The notes under the pieces were generated by a model, which saw only the letters and a list, made by a program, of their open reading frames with translations, was not told the origin of the DNA and did no database searches. A stretch of 64,000 nt of DNA from Sphaerodactylus townsendi (lineage: Eukaryota): contig NC_059434.1 of NCBI RefSeq assembly GCF_021028975.2, positions 23,064,001 to 23,128,000 of the forward strand, given 5' to 3'. The stretch's first letter is position 1, and each line of letters starts with the position of its first letter. The translations under genes and the position numbers were made by a program. Below are positions 37,764-49,428 of the stretch, in pieces.

Positions 37764-38566
37764 ATATACACACACCCCTATACAAAAAATGAAAGAAAAT
37801 TATAGGGGGGGGCATTCATTCCTTTAAAAATGCATGGTTTCCCAACAAGTTTATTTCCAGATTTACCATAATACCATTCAGAAGGCACATTTCAGTGTTG
37901 TTGTAAACACGCTGGATTGAATCCAGTTAGCTTTTCCACTCAATCTGTCACAAGTCCCCTCCAATCTACACCCCCAATCCCAAATAACTTTTGTAAACTA
38001 AGATCCTATCATTCTCAGAATATTTATTTAGCTTATTTATAGCCCACCTTTCTCACTGACAGTCAAGGCAAATTATAGAGCAAAAACAGGAACAAAATGT
38101 AATCATGCAACATAACATTGCCTTCTTGGGTACTCTGAGAGGATACCTCTTTCCTTTTTTCACTAGCAGAAAAGCGGATTGGTATCCAACCCCTTTGCAT
38201 TTAGACGTGCATCCAAGATGTTCTAAATGTTCACTTAAAAACATAAAAAGTGAATATGCCAATAACCTGTCTCATTTGGGTATGCTTGTCAGGGAGCTCC
38301 CAACTGAGTATACATTCATTGGCAAATCCGGGAACATCCCTGTATAATGTATGAAATGCCCCCCAGGATTCTCACATATTCTGCCGATGATCAGAAAAGC
38401 CCATCATAATGTATGAGTTTTATTCTCCATCATGATCTTTCAACCATCTTTGGATCACCAGATTTCTAGAGTTCAAATTTCCTTCAAGTTGAGCTTTTCC
38501 TAAAATTCCAACAGCCAACAACTGATGGTCCCAGAAATTTTTTCACATCCGAAAAAATCTATTTAC

Positions 38567-38620
38567 CATGGGCAACTAGTCCTTGAACCACAAGCATACT
38601 TCCAAGAGACAGAGGCAGAG
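38567..38620 (-). CDS. OCIAD2: OCIAD2 coding exon 3 (ALPLSLGSMLVVQGLVAH)
   Basis: 54 nt; matches ALPFSLVSMLVTQGLVYQG; canonical splice sites. Confidence 0.95.
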
Positions 38621-39644
38621 CTGCAAACAATAGAACAAAACACAAGTTTATAGTATTGACAAAGATTCTGACTGTTTTACTGTCATCATGCTTTGAGCTG
38701 CTAATTACACTTTTGTTGATTTTTATTATTCTGCAACAGTACCTGTAACAACAAAAGTGGGGAAACCACAGTCTCCACATTTCATGTATATTAGTTAAAT
38801 AAAGACAGTGAATCCAGCTCTTGTAATACACTCCCAGGCACATGCAACAGTTTGGATTCTCATATGAGAAATTCAGTCCCCATCAGCATCAAAAGACTCA
38901 TTCACTGGGGCCGGATGACCAACAGGAGGTAGATATGAATTATCCACTATGCATGCTAAAGTCTTCTTCTACCAAGGAAGATCTATGCACAGATCAGAGT
39001 ATCCGCACATTAAAAAAGGGGGTAAAACAATTACTGAGGATACTAAGGCTTAACAAAGTATTTGCTAGTCCAGTATTTTTGGCCTCAAAGCCAGGGGGAG
39101 GAAAAGGAAATACAGCAGCTTTTTGTAAAGGTTGATAGCCTAGAAATGATGCTTCCTTATCACATGTGATTAAATCAGTGGCTGTTATCTCAAGTGCTAT
39201 TTAAGACAGACAGCCAACATGATATAGTGGTTAGGGTGTTAAGTCTGAAACTGGGGAGACCTGGGTTCAACTCCATCCTCTGCTATGAAGCTAGACAGGC
39301 AAACTTGGCACTCTCTCCCTCTTCCTGTCTCCCTGCCTAACCTAGTTCATTGACTTAGGACAAGGAAAAAAACAGGGAGAGGGAACCACGTATCTCTAGA
39401 AGTGTTGAGAGTTCTTTGGAGATGTTATAAAAACATGATATCTACTAAGATTGCTCTTTGAGTGCCCCCACCTTCAGAGTTTAGGTGGGTAGTAACTGGA
39501 GGGGCTACAGCAACCCCCTAAACTGGGGAACATCTTTCCTATTGTTTCCTGTTGCCAAATTGTCATCTTTGAGTCACCAGATGAAATCTATTCAGTTTAC
39601 TCATGATCTTAACATCTAATTAGGTAAAACTTCTTTTAGTAACC

Positions 39645-40310
39645 TTATTTTTATTTTTTATTTATTTATTCATCAAATGTATAGGCCGCCCTCCCCCGAA
39701 GGTCTCGGGGCAGCAGACAACAGAGATAAAATAACATAATATATAATTTAAAACAGTTTTAAAACCCATATAATACATATAAAACTAGCAGGAACCATTT
39801 AAAACATAAGCAGATGGCGAGAGAAAACCCCAACCCTCACCCTCCCCCAACTGAGCCCACCAGAGGCCAGATGCGATCTAATCATATTCAACCCGGCTGG
39901 CCAAATGCCTGGCGGAACAGGTCCGTTTTACAGGCCCTGCGGAAACTCTGAAAGTCCCGCAGGGCCCTGGTCTCTCTAGGGCAGGGGTCTGCAACCTGCG
40001 GCTCTCCAGACGTTCATGGACTACAATTCCCATCAGCCCCTGCCAGCATGGCCAATTGGCCATGGTGGCAGGGGCTGATGGGAATTGTAGTCCATGAACG
40101 TCTGGAGAGCCGCAGGTTGCAGACCCCTGCTCTAGGGAGCCTGTTCCACCAGAGGGAGGCCAGGGCCGTAAAAGCCCTGGCCCTAGCGGAGGCCAGCCAG
40201 ATGTGTTTTGGGCCAGGGACCTCTAATAGGTTCTCCTCCGAAGACCGGAGGGACCTAGAAGGGCAATATGGGGAGATGTAGTCCCTGAAGTATGTAGGCT
40301 CAAGGCTGTT
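39645..40310 (-). mobile_element. L2-like LINE 3' end with nested MITE
   Basis: Minus-strand ORF2 C-terminal remnant (SLVEQAPRETRALRDFQSFRRACKTDLFRQAF once the MITE is removed) and (TAAA)n tail. Confidence 0.65.
39982..40129. mobile_element. Palindromic hAT MITE
   Basis: Near-perfect 148-bp palindrome, exact 8-bp TSD CTCTAGGG. Confidence 0.92.
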
Positions 40311-40570
40311 GGTCCTATTTATTTTAATGTTTTAACTCGATTTCTGATTGATTTCAACTGTGTCTTGTACAGAACAGAAATGCTAGAATAAATAAACTAT
40401 AGTCTTATCCACATCCACACAATCTCCCTGGCAAAGTAACCCACAACTTCTTGATTCAAATACTGTGTATCTGAAACATGATTGAGCAAGACAGAGCAGC
40501 AAGTCTAGCATTTCCCAAGGAGACCATCGGTAACAAAGCAAACCAGGAGCAGGGAAAAGAAGAGATGTAC

Positions 40571-40661
40571 CTCGGTACCAAAAACTTTCCTCTTTACACT
40601 CTTGACGGATCCTCGCAATTTCTTCAAGATTAACATTTGAAGGTGGAAAACTGGGATGGTT
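40571..40661 (-). CDS. OCIAD2: OCIAD2 coding exon 2 (NHPSFPPSNVNLEEIARIRQECKEESFWYR)
   Basis: EC.EESFW.R OCIA motif; TTTTCAG acceptor, G|GTACAT donor, phase 0 to 1. Confidence 0.94.
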
Positions 40662-41359
40662 CTGAAAAGAAAGAACAAAGATCATTTCAGAAGGATACCC
40701 GGGTAAATTATAAAGAGGGCAATATAAGATTTTATTTATTCTCCCACTTGTCATCTTCCTGTACCTTGCTGAAGTATCGAAGAAGGCTTTTGCATAATTA
40801 AAATGAAATGTTTCAGGCAGAGCCATTCAGATGGGGCGGGGAGATTTGGGCTGTGGATACGATGCCAGGCTGCGCCGGCAGAGGGAGCAAATATGCCGGC
40901 AGTTGGCCACCCCTCAGCAACATGGTGGCAAAACCCAGAGGTGGCCGCTGCGGAGGAAGCCTGGCATCCATTGGGCCGCCAGCACAAAGGGAGAGAAACC
41001 AGGGTATTTCTGGGGGTGGAGCCGAGTTCAGTCAAGTTCCACCTGGGTTTAAGGGCTGGAGATGCCGTGACCGGGACTTTCAGAATTATGCCACCCTTTT
41101 GGGTGCTGTAACTTTATTAAGCCCTGTAGAGGGCTTCTAGGCAGGCAGAGGAGGGCTTTTTTTTCAGTTGCCTCCCCACGACCCCTTGGAAGCACTCTGG
41201 AGGTGGCACGGTGGCTCGGCAGCCGCCTCCTGATCTGAATTGGGCTGTAAGTAAAAGAAAATAAATAGGAGAATGCTCTGTTCCATACAGCCTGCAAGAC
41301 CATTTGAAACAGTCTTAATGTGTAATCATCAATGCAACCAAACATGCCTGTCCCAAATA

Positions 41360-41552
41360 AGAACACATGAAGCTGCCTTACGCTGAGGTAGACCATTGGC
41401 ACTGTCTATTCTAACTAGCAGAGGCTCAGTAGGGTCTTAATCAGAGGTCTCGCACAGCATCTTCTATCTGCTCCTTTTAGATGGAGGTGCTGCAGACCGA
41501 ATGCGGGATCTTCTTCACACAAAATAGGTGCCCTGCCACTGAGCCAAGGCCC
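41360..41552 (-). mobile_element. Diverged Squam2-like SINE
   Basis: Minus-strand GGCTCAGTGGCAGGGCAC head and TAAGGCAGCTTCATGTGTTC tail. Confidence 0.55.
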
Positions 41553-42023
41553 CGCCCAGTGAATCAACGCACAATACAGGTCTCTGGAGAGACAGCACAT
41601 CCATAAATATATCATAAAATTTTACAGCACAAAAGACCCATTCTCCCCTCACCTCTATAACTCTCATTGTTGTTAAGGAGTGTGTAATTAACAATTTATA
41701 TTGAAGTGCATTAATCATTGATTTATTTTGCTGTCTGCAAGAACCATCATGTCTGATACTGTATCTCTCCCCTCTCACTACACCCCAATGGTCTACATTT
41801 TCTAAGTTTTACGCAGAAGCAAAATCTGTCCAAAGAAAAATGCTAAATACTTACTTTATAAGTTTTTATATACTTTGCAGAGCACTAAACTGAACCCTAA
41901 AGTCCATCAGCAATTTCACCTTTCCTATCAGCCTAGTTTATTAGCCAGTGATAGCTGGGTGTACTCAGTGCACCAGGTAGTGAAGCCCTTCTGGCAATCC
42001 ATTGCTGTCATAGAGACCTCGGC

Positions 42024-42415
42024 CAGAGGTGGGATCCAGCAGGTTCTCACAGGTTCCCGAGAGTAGGTTACTAATTATTTGTGTGTGACGAGAGGGGGTT
42101 ACTAACTGGTGATTTTGCCATGTGATTTTTGCCTTAGTTACGCCCCTCCTCTCCGCAGTAGCGCGCAGAACTTGAAGCAGTCTAGCAGGAGGTGCACCGG
42201 CGTGCGTGGCAGCCAGCGCCTGCGTGCATTCGTTTCCCGCCCAAGGACCGGCGCAGCGGCTGCGTCCTTGCCACAGCCCCGCCCAGGAATGCTCTGCCCC
42301 TGGAATGCCCGGCCACCCCCCTGTCGTGCCCTGCCCAGCCCCATTGGCGCTAAGCCACAGTTTGAATCTCACCACCATGGGAACCTGTTACTAAAATTTT
42401 TGGATCCCACCACTG
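42024..42415 (+). mobile_element. Non-autonomous hAT element (about 390 bp)
   Basis: TIRs CAGAGGTGGGATCCA / TGGATCCCACCACTG, exact 8-bp TSD ACCTCGGC, repeated subterminal GTTACTAA. Confidence 0.9.
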
Positions 42416-42466
42416 ACCTCGGCCCCAATATAATTCTCAGACTTTGCCTAAGAATGAACAACAAAC

Positions 42467-42520
42467 CTGGTCCTTTTGGTCAGGGGAAGAGGCCTGAACT
42501 TTCTGATCCTCAGAAGCCAT
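42467..42520 (-). CDS. OCIAD2: OCIAD2 first coding exon (MASEDQKVQASSPDQKDQ); exon begins at 42560
   Basis: Good Kozak context ACGATGG, acceptor TTGTAG before 42560, donor CAG|GTTTGT, phase 0, in frame with 40661. Confidence 0.85.
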
Positions 42521-43312
42521 CGTCGCCAGAAAAAAATGAACCTCAACCAAACCGAGACTCCTACAATGAAGAAGAATTCAATATCTATTGTAAGACAATT
42601 TCATAAATGTTTGTTCTACTGTTGCTTTTACCATGTGGACACATCTATCTCATATTACTTCTGATTGCCAGTCTATCTAGCTCAGTAGAGTCTGTTGTAC
42701 GCTGGAATCCATACATGCCAACTGAAGCGCTTTTTAGACCTTTGCTCTCGATTGGTGTTCTGCAAGTAATAACAGGAACCTTTGTATCAAATTTCCAGAT
42801 TAGCTGAGGGCCATTCAGGTGCTTTTATTATGGTGTTTCATTGAGCACACAACAGGGGGTTTTTTAATGGTTCTAGAAGTCAGTTTTTAAAATAACTGTT
42901 AATTAAAAACAGAATTTCAGTGTTTGGATGTATGAAATTAGTTCCGTCTGCTTCATTTCGTTATGGCACAAGGCTGAGGACAGTAAAAGATCTCAACTGT
43001 ACTGCTGGGCCACAGTATATAAACAACGCAATGTACATTATGCCAAGCCTCTTGAAGGAGAACAAGGTGAACCCGTTAGCAAGAGATTTCCTCCTTCATC
43101 CTTTCCCAGGATCTGCACTCAACAATGTTTAAGGCTTTGCTTGTGCAAAACTGACTGGCAGCACAGTTCTTCATGATTTATCCACGAAAGGTGATTTACA
43201 GCCTTTTAACTCTGATCACACTCTGAACTCTGAACTATTCGCTATTGAAATCAGACAGAACACTTGCAGAAACATTGATCTTTTATTGAAAAGAGGTCCT
43301 TTTTGTGGAGCA

Positions 43313-43567
43313 CAACGCAAGCATGACCAAGTTAGCCCTACAATGACTGTGAAGATCAACGCTCAAATTCCCAGCATGGCTTGATCACAACAAGGAATAG
43401 TTTTTAAAGGTAAATCAGGGTTCAGCCTTTGGGGAGCAAAACGCAAGCCTGAAAAAGTTAGCCCTACAATGACTGTGAAGATCCCTGCTCAAACCCCACA
43501 AACTCCCAGCACTGCTTAATCATCAGAACCAGGAATAGTTTTTTTAAAAAGACAATCAGGTTTCAGT
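43313..43567. repeat. Imperfect tandem duplication, two units about 126 bp apart
   Basis: AAGTTAGCCCTACAATGACTGTGAAGATC...AGGAATAGTTTTT...AATCAGG occurs twice. Confidence 0.85.
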
Positions 43568-43784
43568 ATTTTAAGCTCACTCCGTTGGTTTGTTTGTTTT
43601 TGCCATCAAGTCACCTATGACTTATGGTCACCCCTTTTCAGAGTAAGAGTGTTCAGGAGTTCCTGCCTTTGCGCCATGCGCCCTGAGTCAGGCGCCCAGC
43701 AATCCTTGGAAGTCTCCCCCACCCCACCCCGTTTGCTTTACGACATTAGGAATCCCCTCTACAGGCTATATTGACTTAGCTCAC

Positions 43785-44020
43785 CCCAAATGTGCTGCCC
43801 AGCCTGTCCTCCTTCCAGGCACCGCTCTTTGCCCGCTGCTTTCGCCCTCTTGCTTCTCCAAGGACTTTGTTTATTCTGCTCCACCCCAGCCTCAGGGCGG
43901 AAGTATGCTGAAAATCCGGCGCTCTCGGCTGGGCAAGCAAACGCAAGGCCGGCTTATACAACATGCTCTCAGCAGGCGGAGCCTTTGGTGAGATCGTGCG
44001 GAGAGAGACGTGGAGGGGTG
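43785..44020 (-). promoter_or_regulatory. OCIAD2: OCIAD2 promoter and non-coding exon 1
   Basis: Small CpG-rich patch, ETS motif GCGGAAGT at 43897-43904, minus-strand donor GG|GTGAGC at 43785. TSS not resolvable. Confidence 0.65.
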
Positions 44021-45202
44021 TATATTTTTTAATGAAGATTTCTCAGGAAAAGAAGGGCCAGCAGAACAGATAGCCGCAGAAACGTGTTCCAATGACGAGC
44101 ATGGCACAGACACAAACAAACACTCACAACAGAAGTAGTTCTGAAAGCTGTGCTTTTGAAAGCGGGCCTGGGCGTTTTGTTCCCTTGTTAGGCATTTCTT
44201 GTTCAGAATCTGGAGGGCTGTTTTCTTTGTTTACTTTTGCTGGGAAAAGAAATCGTTAGGCATGCGGACAGAAGTTTAATAAATACTGGCAGAGCTGGAA
44301 GTCTCCCTTTCATGCTGAACCAGATGTGCCCCTCACTGGTGTGAGGTTTGCGTTTGCCTTTCAGAAAGTTTCTGGCTTGTGTAACTAGAGCGCCATAAAC
44401 CGCAGGAAGCAAACCGGCCCATTCAAGGTTGTTTCTGTATCTACTTGGAAATATTGTTCTAGGTGGAGTTTACTACCAGACTTGAAAATCTGAGTTGCAA
44501 CCTCCAGGTGGAGTCTACAAGCTGATACTGAACTTCGGACTGACAGAGTTTGCAAGAAATACAGTGTGGAAGCATGCCTCTCAGTGAAAGAAGAGCCAAT
44601 GAAGAAGTTTTAATTGCATTAAAGAGTTTTAATACCTAGTAAGCAAACTGAATTCAAATATAGTGGCATACTTGGGCTGAAAATGAAAGCCCAGCCAGCT
44701 AATGCACCAGTGTTCTAAAATTGAAATTCTGCTTTTAAGGGGCCGTACTAAGAGGGAGGGGAAATAAGTACAAATATCCGCAGCTAATGTGTTGGGCAGC
44801 CCAGTCTGGGGGGAGGGGACCATAGGTGTCAGCACAACTGTATGCCAAATTGGGTGCCAATCCCGCTTATGTAAGGGGCTGATGAGCCAGTGAAGGTAGA
44901 TGCACCAGCGGAGGGGGCACTTATGCAGGTAGATAGGTGCTGAGCAGCTCCGAAGTGCCTGGCCTCAGAAGGCACCACCATTTTCCAGCCCCACTGGCAC
45001 AGAAAGATGCCCTGGTGTGGCTAGGGGCATTCCAGGGGATGCAGCCAACCTTATTGGCTTCCACTGCCCTCCCAACCCCCGCAGGCTGACGGAGCCGGAT
45101 TCAGATGTGCACCACGTCCACTATCCCTTATGTGGGAATTTTAGCTGCCTGAGGTTTTCATTTCATTTTTGGGCTTCCCACACCACAGAGAAGCCCTTGG
45201 AG

Positions 45203-45700
45203 GCAGAAGCGTAGCTAGGGAAAATGGAGCCTGGGGCAAAATCTGAGTTTTGCGCCCACCACCCCCGTATGGGCGGCCACCCCCACACACAACTAAAGAA
45301 TTATTTTTTGCACCAGGTCATCTCAAAGTCACCATCACATGCCCCAACTCACAAATCTGAACACACTCAGGGCTCCCTACTTTAAACAACATTGAAAGTG
45401 ATGCTGTTTTTGGGGAAGTGGGGAATCCACCCTGAAACAGCATAACTTTTAATGTTGTTTAGACTAGAGACCCCAGATTCTCCTTTTAAATCCACATTAA
45501 TCCACCCTGAAACAACATCACTTTTACTGTTGTTTAGACTAGAGAACCCAAATTCTCCTTTTAAATCCACCATAAAGGAAGAATCTGAGCTCTCTAGTTT
45601 AAACAACATTGAAAGTGACAGTGTTTCAGGGTGGATCCACCCCCCAAACAGCATCACTTTCAATATTGTTTAGACAAGGGAGCCCAGATTCTCTTTTAAA
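45203..45700. repeat. DNA-transposon-like element with alternating direct/inverted 60-70 bp units
   Basis: Begins CAGAAGCGTAGC; five units of CCACCCTGAAACAGCATCACTTT..TGTTGTTTAGACTAGAG..CAGATTCTCC in mixed orientation. Confidence 0.6.
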
Positions 45701-47179
45701 ATTTTGTTCTTTAACAATAACTACAGATGGTAAGATATCTTATTTTGAGATTTATTTATATATGATTTGTTTTGTGTACATACGTTTATTGACTGTAAAT
45801 ATTTAACTGAACTGAACTTATGTACTAATGCTCAATTGACAAACCGCTAATGCAGAGCAATTAACAGATTGATCTAAACATGTAGAAATAGGAGATCCAC
45901 AGTCCAATTAGCAAATGCAAGCATCATGGTAGGTGCTTGTAAGTTCCCAGATCAGCCAACAAACCACTTGTAAGTTTTCAAGGATTTTATTGCAGACATA
46001 AAAGGAACAGAAAAAGATGGTTCTGGCAAAAAAGGCACCAAGCAGTTGATAATATGTATAGCAGGTTTCCCACCCCCACATGTGAATGGAAGAAAGATAC
46101 AGAAAAGTCCAGCCTGGAGACCCACCCCAGCCGCAGAACTCCAAGGCCAGAGCTAGTAGATAGCAGTGCACCTGCAAAAGCAAAAGTCACTCCCAAACAG
46201 TTCCCCCTCCCAACAATGCCACCCTGACAACGCTCTAGAATCCACCTAATATACAGTCTGCTGTTCATACCTCCTTCCCAATCTCTACATTATTCAAAAA
46301 CTTCTTCCAAAATGTTCTATAGTCATAACCCTCAACATGCACCCCTTTTTAGTTCATATTTATTTCCCAGAAACTCAGTGTATCCCAGTTACACATTTTC
46401 AGTTCCTCTGGATTTGGTGAAATGTCCATTTATTTGAAACTGAATTGTTAACAGTCCTTTATAACCTTTGTGCATCACTACTTATCTCATGGCTTGTTTC
46501 AGTCACAGGAGGTTTTTCCCACCTGTTTACACCTGAGATTCTCCTGCTGTGAAGTGTCCCTAGCTGAGCTGATCCACCATTTTGCTCTCCCCTTGTTTAC
46601 TTGTTCTCTGTGTACAACCTTTATCTGGGGAGGTTGCCTGCTGCCTTTTGGGGTTGGGGGAGTGCCGTGTGTGGTCTAGCGAGACTATGTAAGTGCTATG
46701 TCAATTTCAGCGTGAAAATAATAATAAAAAAACCCAGCCTTTGAGCCTTCCAAAGCGGTGGCCAGAAGTTTCGAAGAAACTGTTGTTGTGTTGGTGGGGG
46801 GAGGTGGGGAGGAGCGAGAAAACCTGAAGGAAGCAAAAAGTCACACTTTCAGAGCTTTCGGAAACCATGCAGATTTTCTGATCTGAGAGCATTGTGAATT
46901 CCCAAGCGGTGAGTAACCAAGAATCCAATTCTAAGGGAATATACACTCAGTGTGAAAAAGACAAGTCCATAAATGTTCTAAAAATGCATCTCCTATCTTG
47001 CCATGATATGCTAGCCTTCTGAATCAAATGCAAGAATCATTACAATATCATTACAATACCATGATTACAGAGATGTTAGTATTACACAACGAGAACATGT
47101 GTGGTAGACTTAGTCGTCAGCTATTTTTGTTCATAGATCCAACATGAATAAGAATCTCACCCAAATCTACAAACAAATC

Positions 47180-47803
47180 TGTTTATAGGATTACAGCCTC
47201 AGGAGTGCCTCCCTCTGTGATCTCCGTGCCCAGGCAGGTACATATGGGCACAGGTGCTCCTTCAGGTAGGCAAGACCAAACCTTTTAGACCCAAGCTTGT
47301 GATAAATGAGAAATGTGTTTTCTAGGAATGAGGGAATGAGTCATGAGGGGGATGTTTGTGGATGGACAAAATAAGACCTACTGAGACCAGTTGAACTGAA
47401 TAACTAGGATAAAGGGCAAGGTTTGCATCAGACTGTATACATTGAGCATGCTTAATGAGCTAATGCATATTAACTTCTCCTCCTGCTCTGACAACAAGCT
47501 GTATTATAATGAACATGCAGCAAGAATTTGGGAGGGGCCACATATCAAGGAACAACATCTAAATAGGCGGACCAGAAAGTTGTAACTCCAAGTACCCTTA
47601 GCCAATGGGAGAACGGAGAGGGTGTGGCAAATTTGGGAGAAGGGAATAAACATGCTGTGGATATATTGTTTCGGTGGAGTCTACCTAGGCAGGGTGTCTC
47701 CCCTTAAATTGCAAATAAAGCTACTTAAAACTCTCTTCTGTTGGCTTGATATTTGGTAAAGAAATATTGGGCAGCACATGCTGAATGGGTCTAATCACCA
47801 TAA
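47180..47803 (+). mobile_element. Probable solo LTR
   Basis: TGTTTATAGG start, CCAAT box, TATA-like GAATAAAA, AATAAA near 47715, end ATCACCATAA shared with the 60580 element. TSD not clear. Confidence 0.45.
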
Positions 47804-48277
47804 TTTTGCAAGTAGCCATATTAGCAGGGGCATAAGGGGGAAAAGTGTGCACGGGGCAAGATGGCCCTGGAGCCGTCCCCCATGGCTCTGCCCCCACTTA
47901 CCTTTTTCAGCCAGCTGAAAACAGGCCAGGCTGATGGGGTGGGGCTAGGCCTGGTGAGGCAGGGCAGGGGAAGGGAGGAAGGGGCGGCGCGATTTTCTGC
48001 CCCCACCGGCGCGTGCACGGCGCACTTCCCTCTCCCCCTTATAGCTACACTTCTGCATATTAGTCTGCAGCAGTAGAACCAAATTCAAGTCCTTTAGAAT
48101 ATAAAGCTCTAAAGTTTTCAGGGTATAAGCTTTTGTGAGTCAAAGCTTACTTGGGTGTCTGATGAAATGAATTTGACTGACAAAAACTTACATTCTGGAA
48201 AATTTTGTTGCTCTTCAAGGCATTACTGAATTCAAATTAGTTTGTACGGTCTGGCAGAAAGTGAGTCTTACAGGCAT

Positions 48278-48459
48278 CATAAGAACATAAGAACAAGCCA
48301 GCTGGATCAGACCAGAGTCCATCTAGTCCAGCTCTCTGCTACTCGCAGTGGCCCACCAAGTGCCTTTGGGAGCTCACATGCAGGATGTGAAAGCAATGGC
48401 CTTCTGCGGCTGTTGCTCCCGAGCACCTGGTCTGTTAAGGCATTTGCAATCTCAGATCA
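48278..48459 (-). mobile_element. CR1 3' fragment
   Basis: Reverse complement of the 3'UTR of the 35850-36282 CR1, including the TTCTTATG tail. Confidence 0.88.
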
Positions 48460-48911
48460 CATCACATTCTTTAATTGCTATAGATGTTTTCTCAATAGAA
48501 GCAAATAGTTGAAAGCTGTTTTATTCTCTTGTTAATGCCCCATCTGATCTAAGGGAAGATGTCACTTTTGCAGCTGAAGGAAAGAGGCGTGTTTCCACAA
48601 AAAGACAGGAGTTTTCACAGGAGGCAGAGTAAGCAGTGGAGAGACAGCTGTGCTGAAGTAGCTAATGACGTATATGACACAAGGTATATGTCTATGCACC
48701 CTTGTTGAATAGAGGCTGTGCAGGATAAAAGAGAGGTTGACAGCAGAGTGGTGGGATCTTACTAACATTTTAAGCTTCTCGTGAATTAGCCAGTCAAGTC
48801 ATTATATATAGTCTGTCTCAGAAAAATATGTTTGTTGGGTTGTATATTCCTCCACCACAGAACTCAACCTTCTTCGTCATGGAATGCTGTGCCTAGGTCC
48901 TAGTGCCTATC

Positions 48912-49428
48912 TAAGAACATAAGAACTAGCCTGCTGGATCAGACCAGAGTCGATCTAGTCCAGCACTCTGCTACTCGCAGTGGCCCACCAGGTGCCTTTG
49001 GGAGCTCACATGCAGGATGTGAAAGCAATGGCCTTCTGCGGCTGCTGCTCCTGAGCACCTGGTCTGCTAAGGCATTTGCAATCTCAGATCAAGGAGGATC
49101 AAGATTGGTAGCCATATGGCATAGACCGACTTCTCCTCCATAAATCTGTCCAAGCCCTTTTTAAAGCTATCCAGGCTAGTTCAGAGTGTATATCCTTATA
49201 ATCTTGGATTCATACCTCTATCAGCCCCTTCCAGCATGGCCAACTGGCCATGCTGGCAGGGGCTGATGGGAATTGTAGTTCATAACATCTGGAGTGCCAA
49301 AGGTTCGCCACCACTGATCTAGGCCATCACCACCTCCTGTGGCAGCATATTCCAAACACCAATTACATGTTGCATGAAGAAATGTTTCCTTGTATTAGTC
49401 CTAATTCTTCCCCCCAGCATTTTCAATG
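48912..49428 (-). mobile_element. CR1 3' fragment with nested half-MITE
   Basis: Same CR1 family, interrupted at about 49181-49320. Confidence 0.88.

Noticed and set aside
40383-40826. 147-aa minus-strand ORF as a single-exon gene
   Set aside because: Only 40661-40571 is OCIAD2 coding, bounded by canonical splice sites; the rest is intron.
42109-42606. 165-aa and 137-aa ORFs over 41965-42606, and similar ORFs at 53104-53639
   Set aside because: They lie in GC-rich non-autonomous hAT copies and have no transposase motifs.
45381-45700. CRISPR-like repeat array
   Set aside because: Eukaryotic context, units in mixed orientation, no unique spacers and no cas genes.
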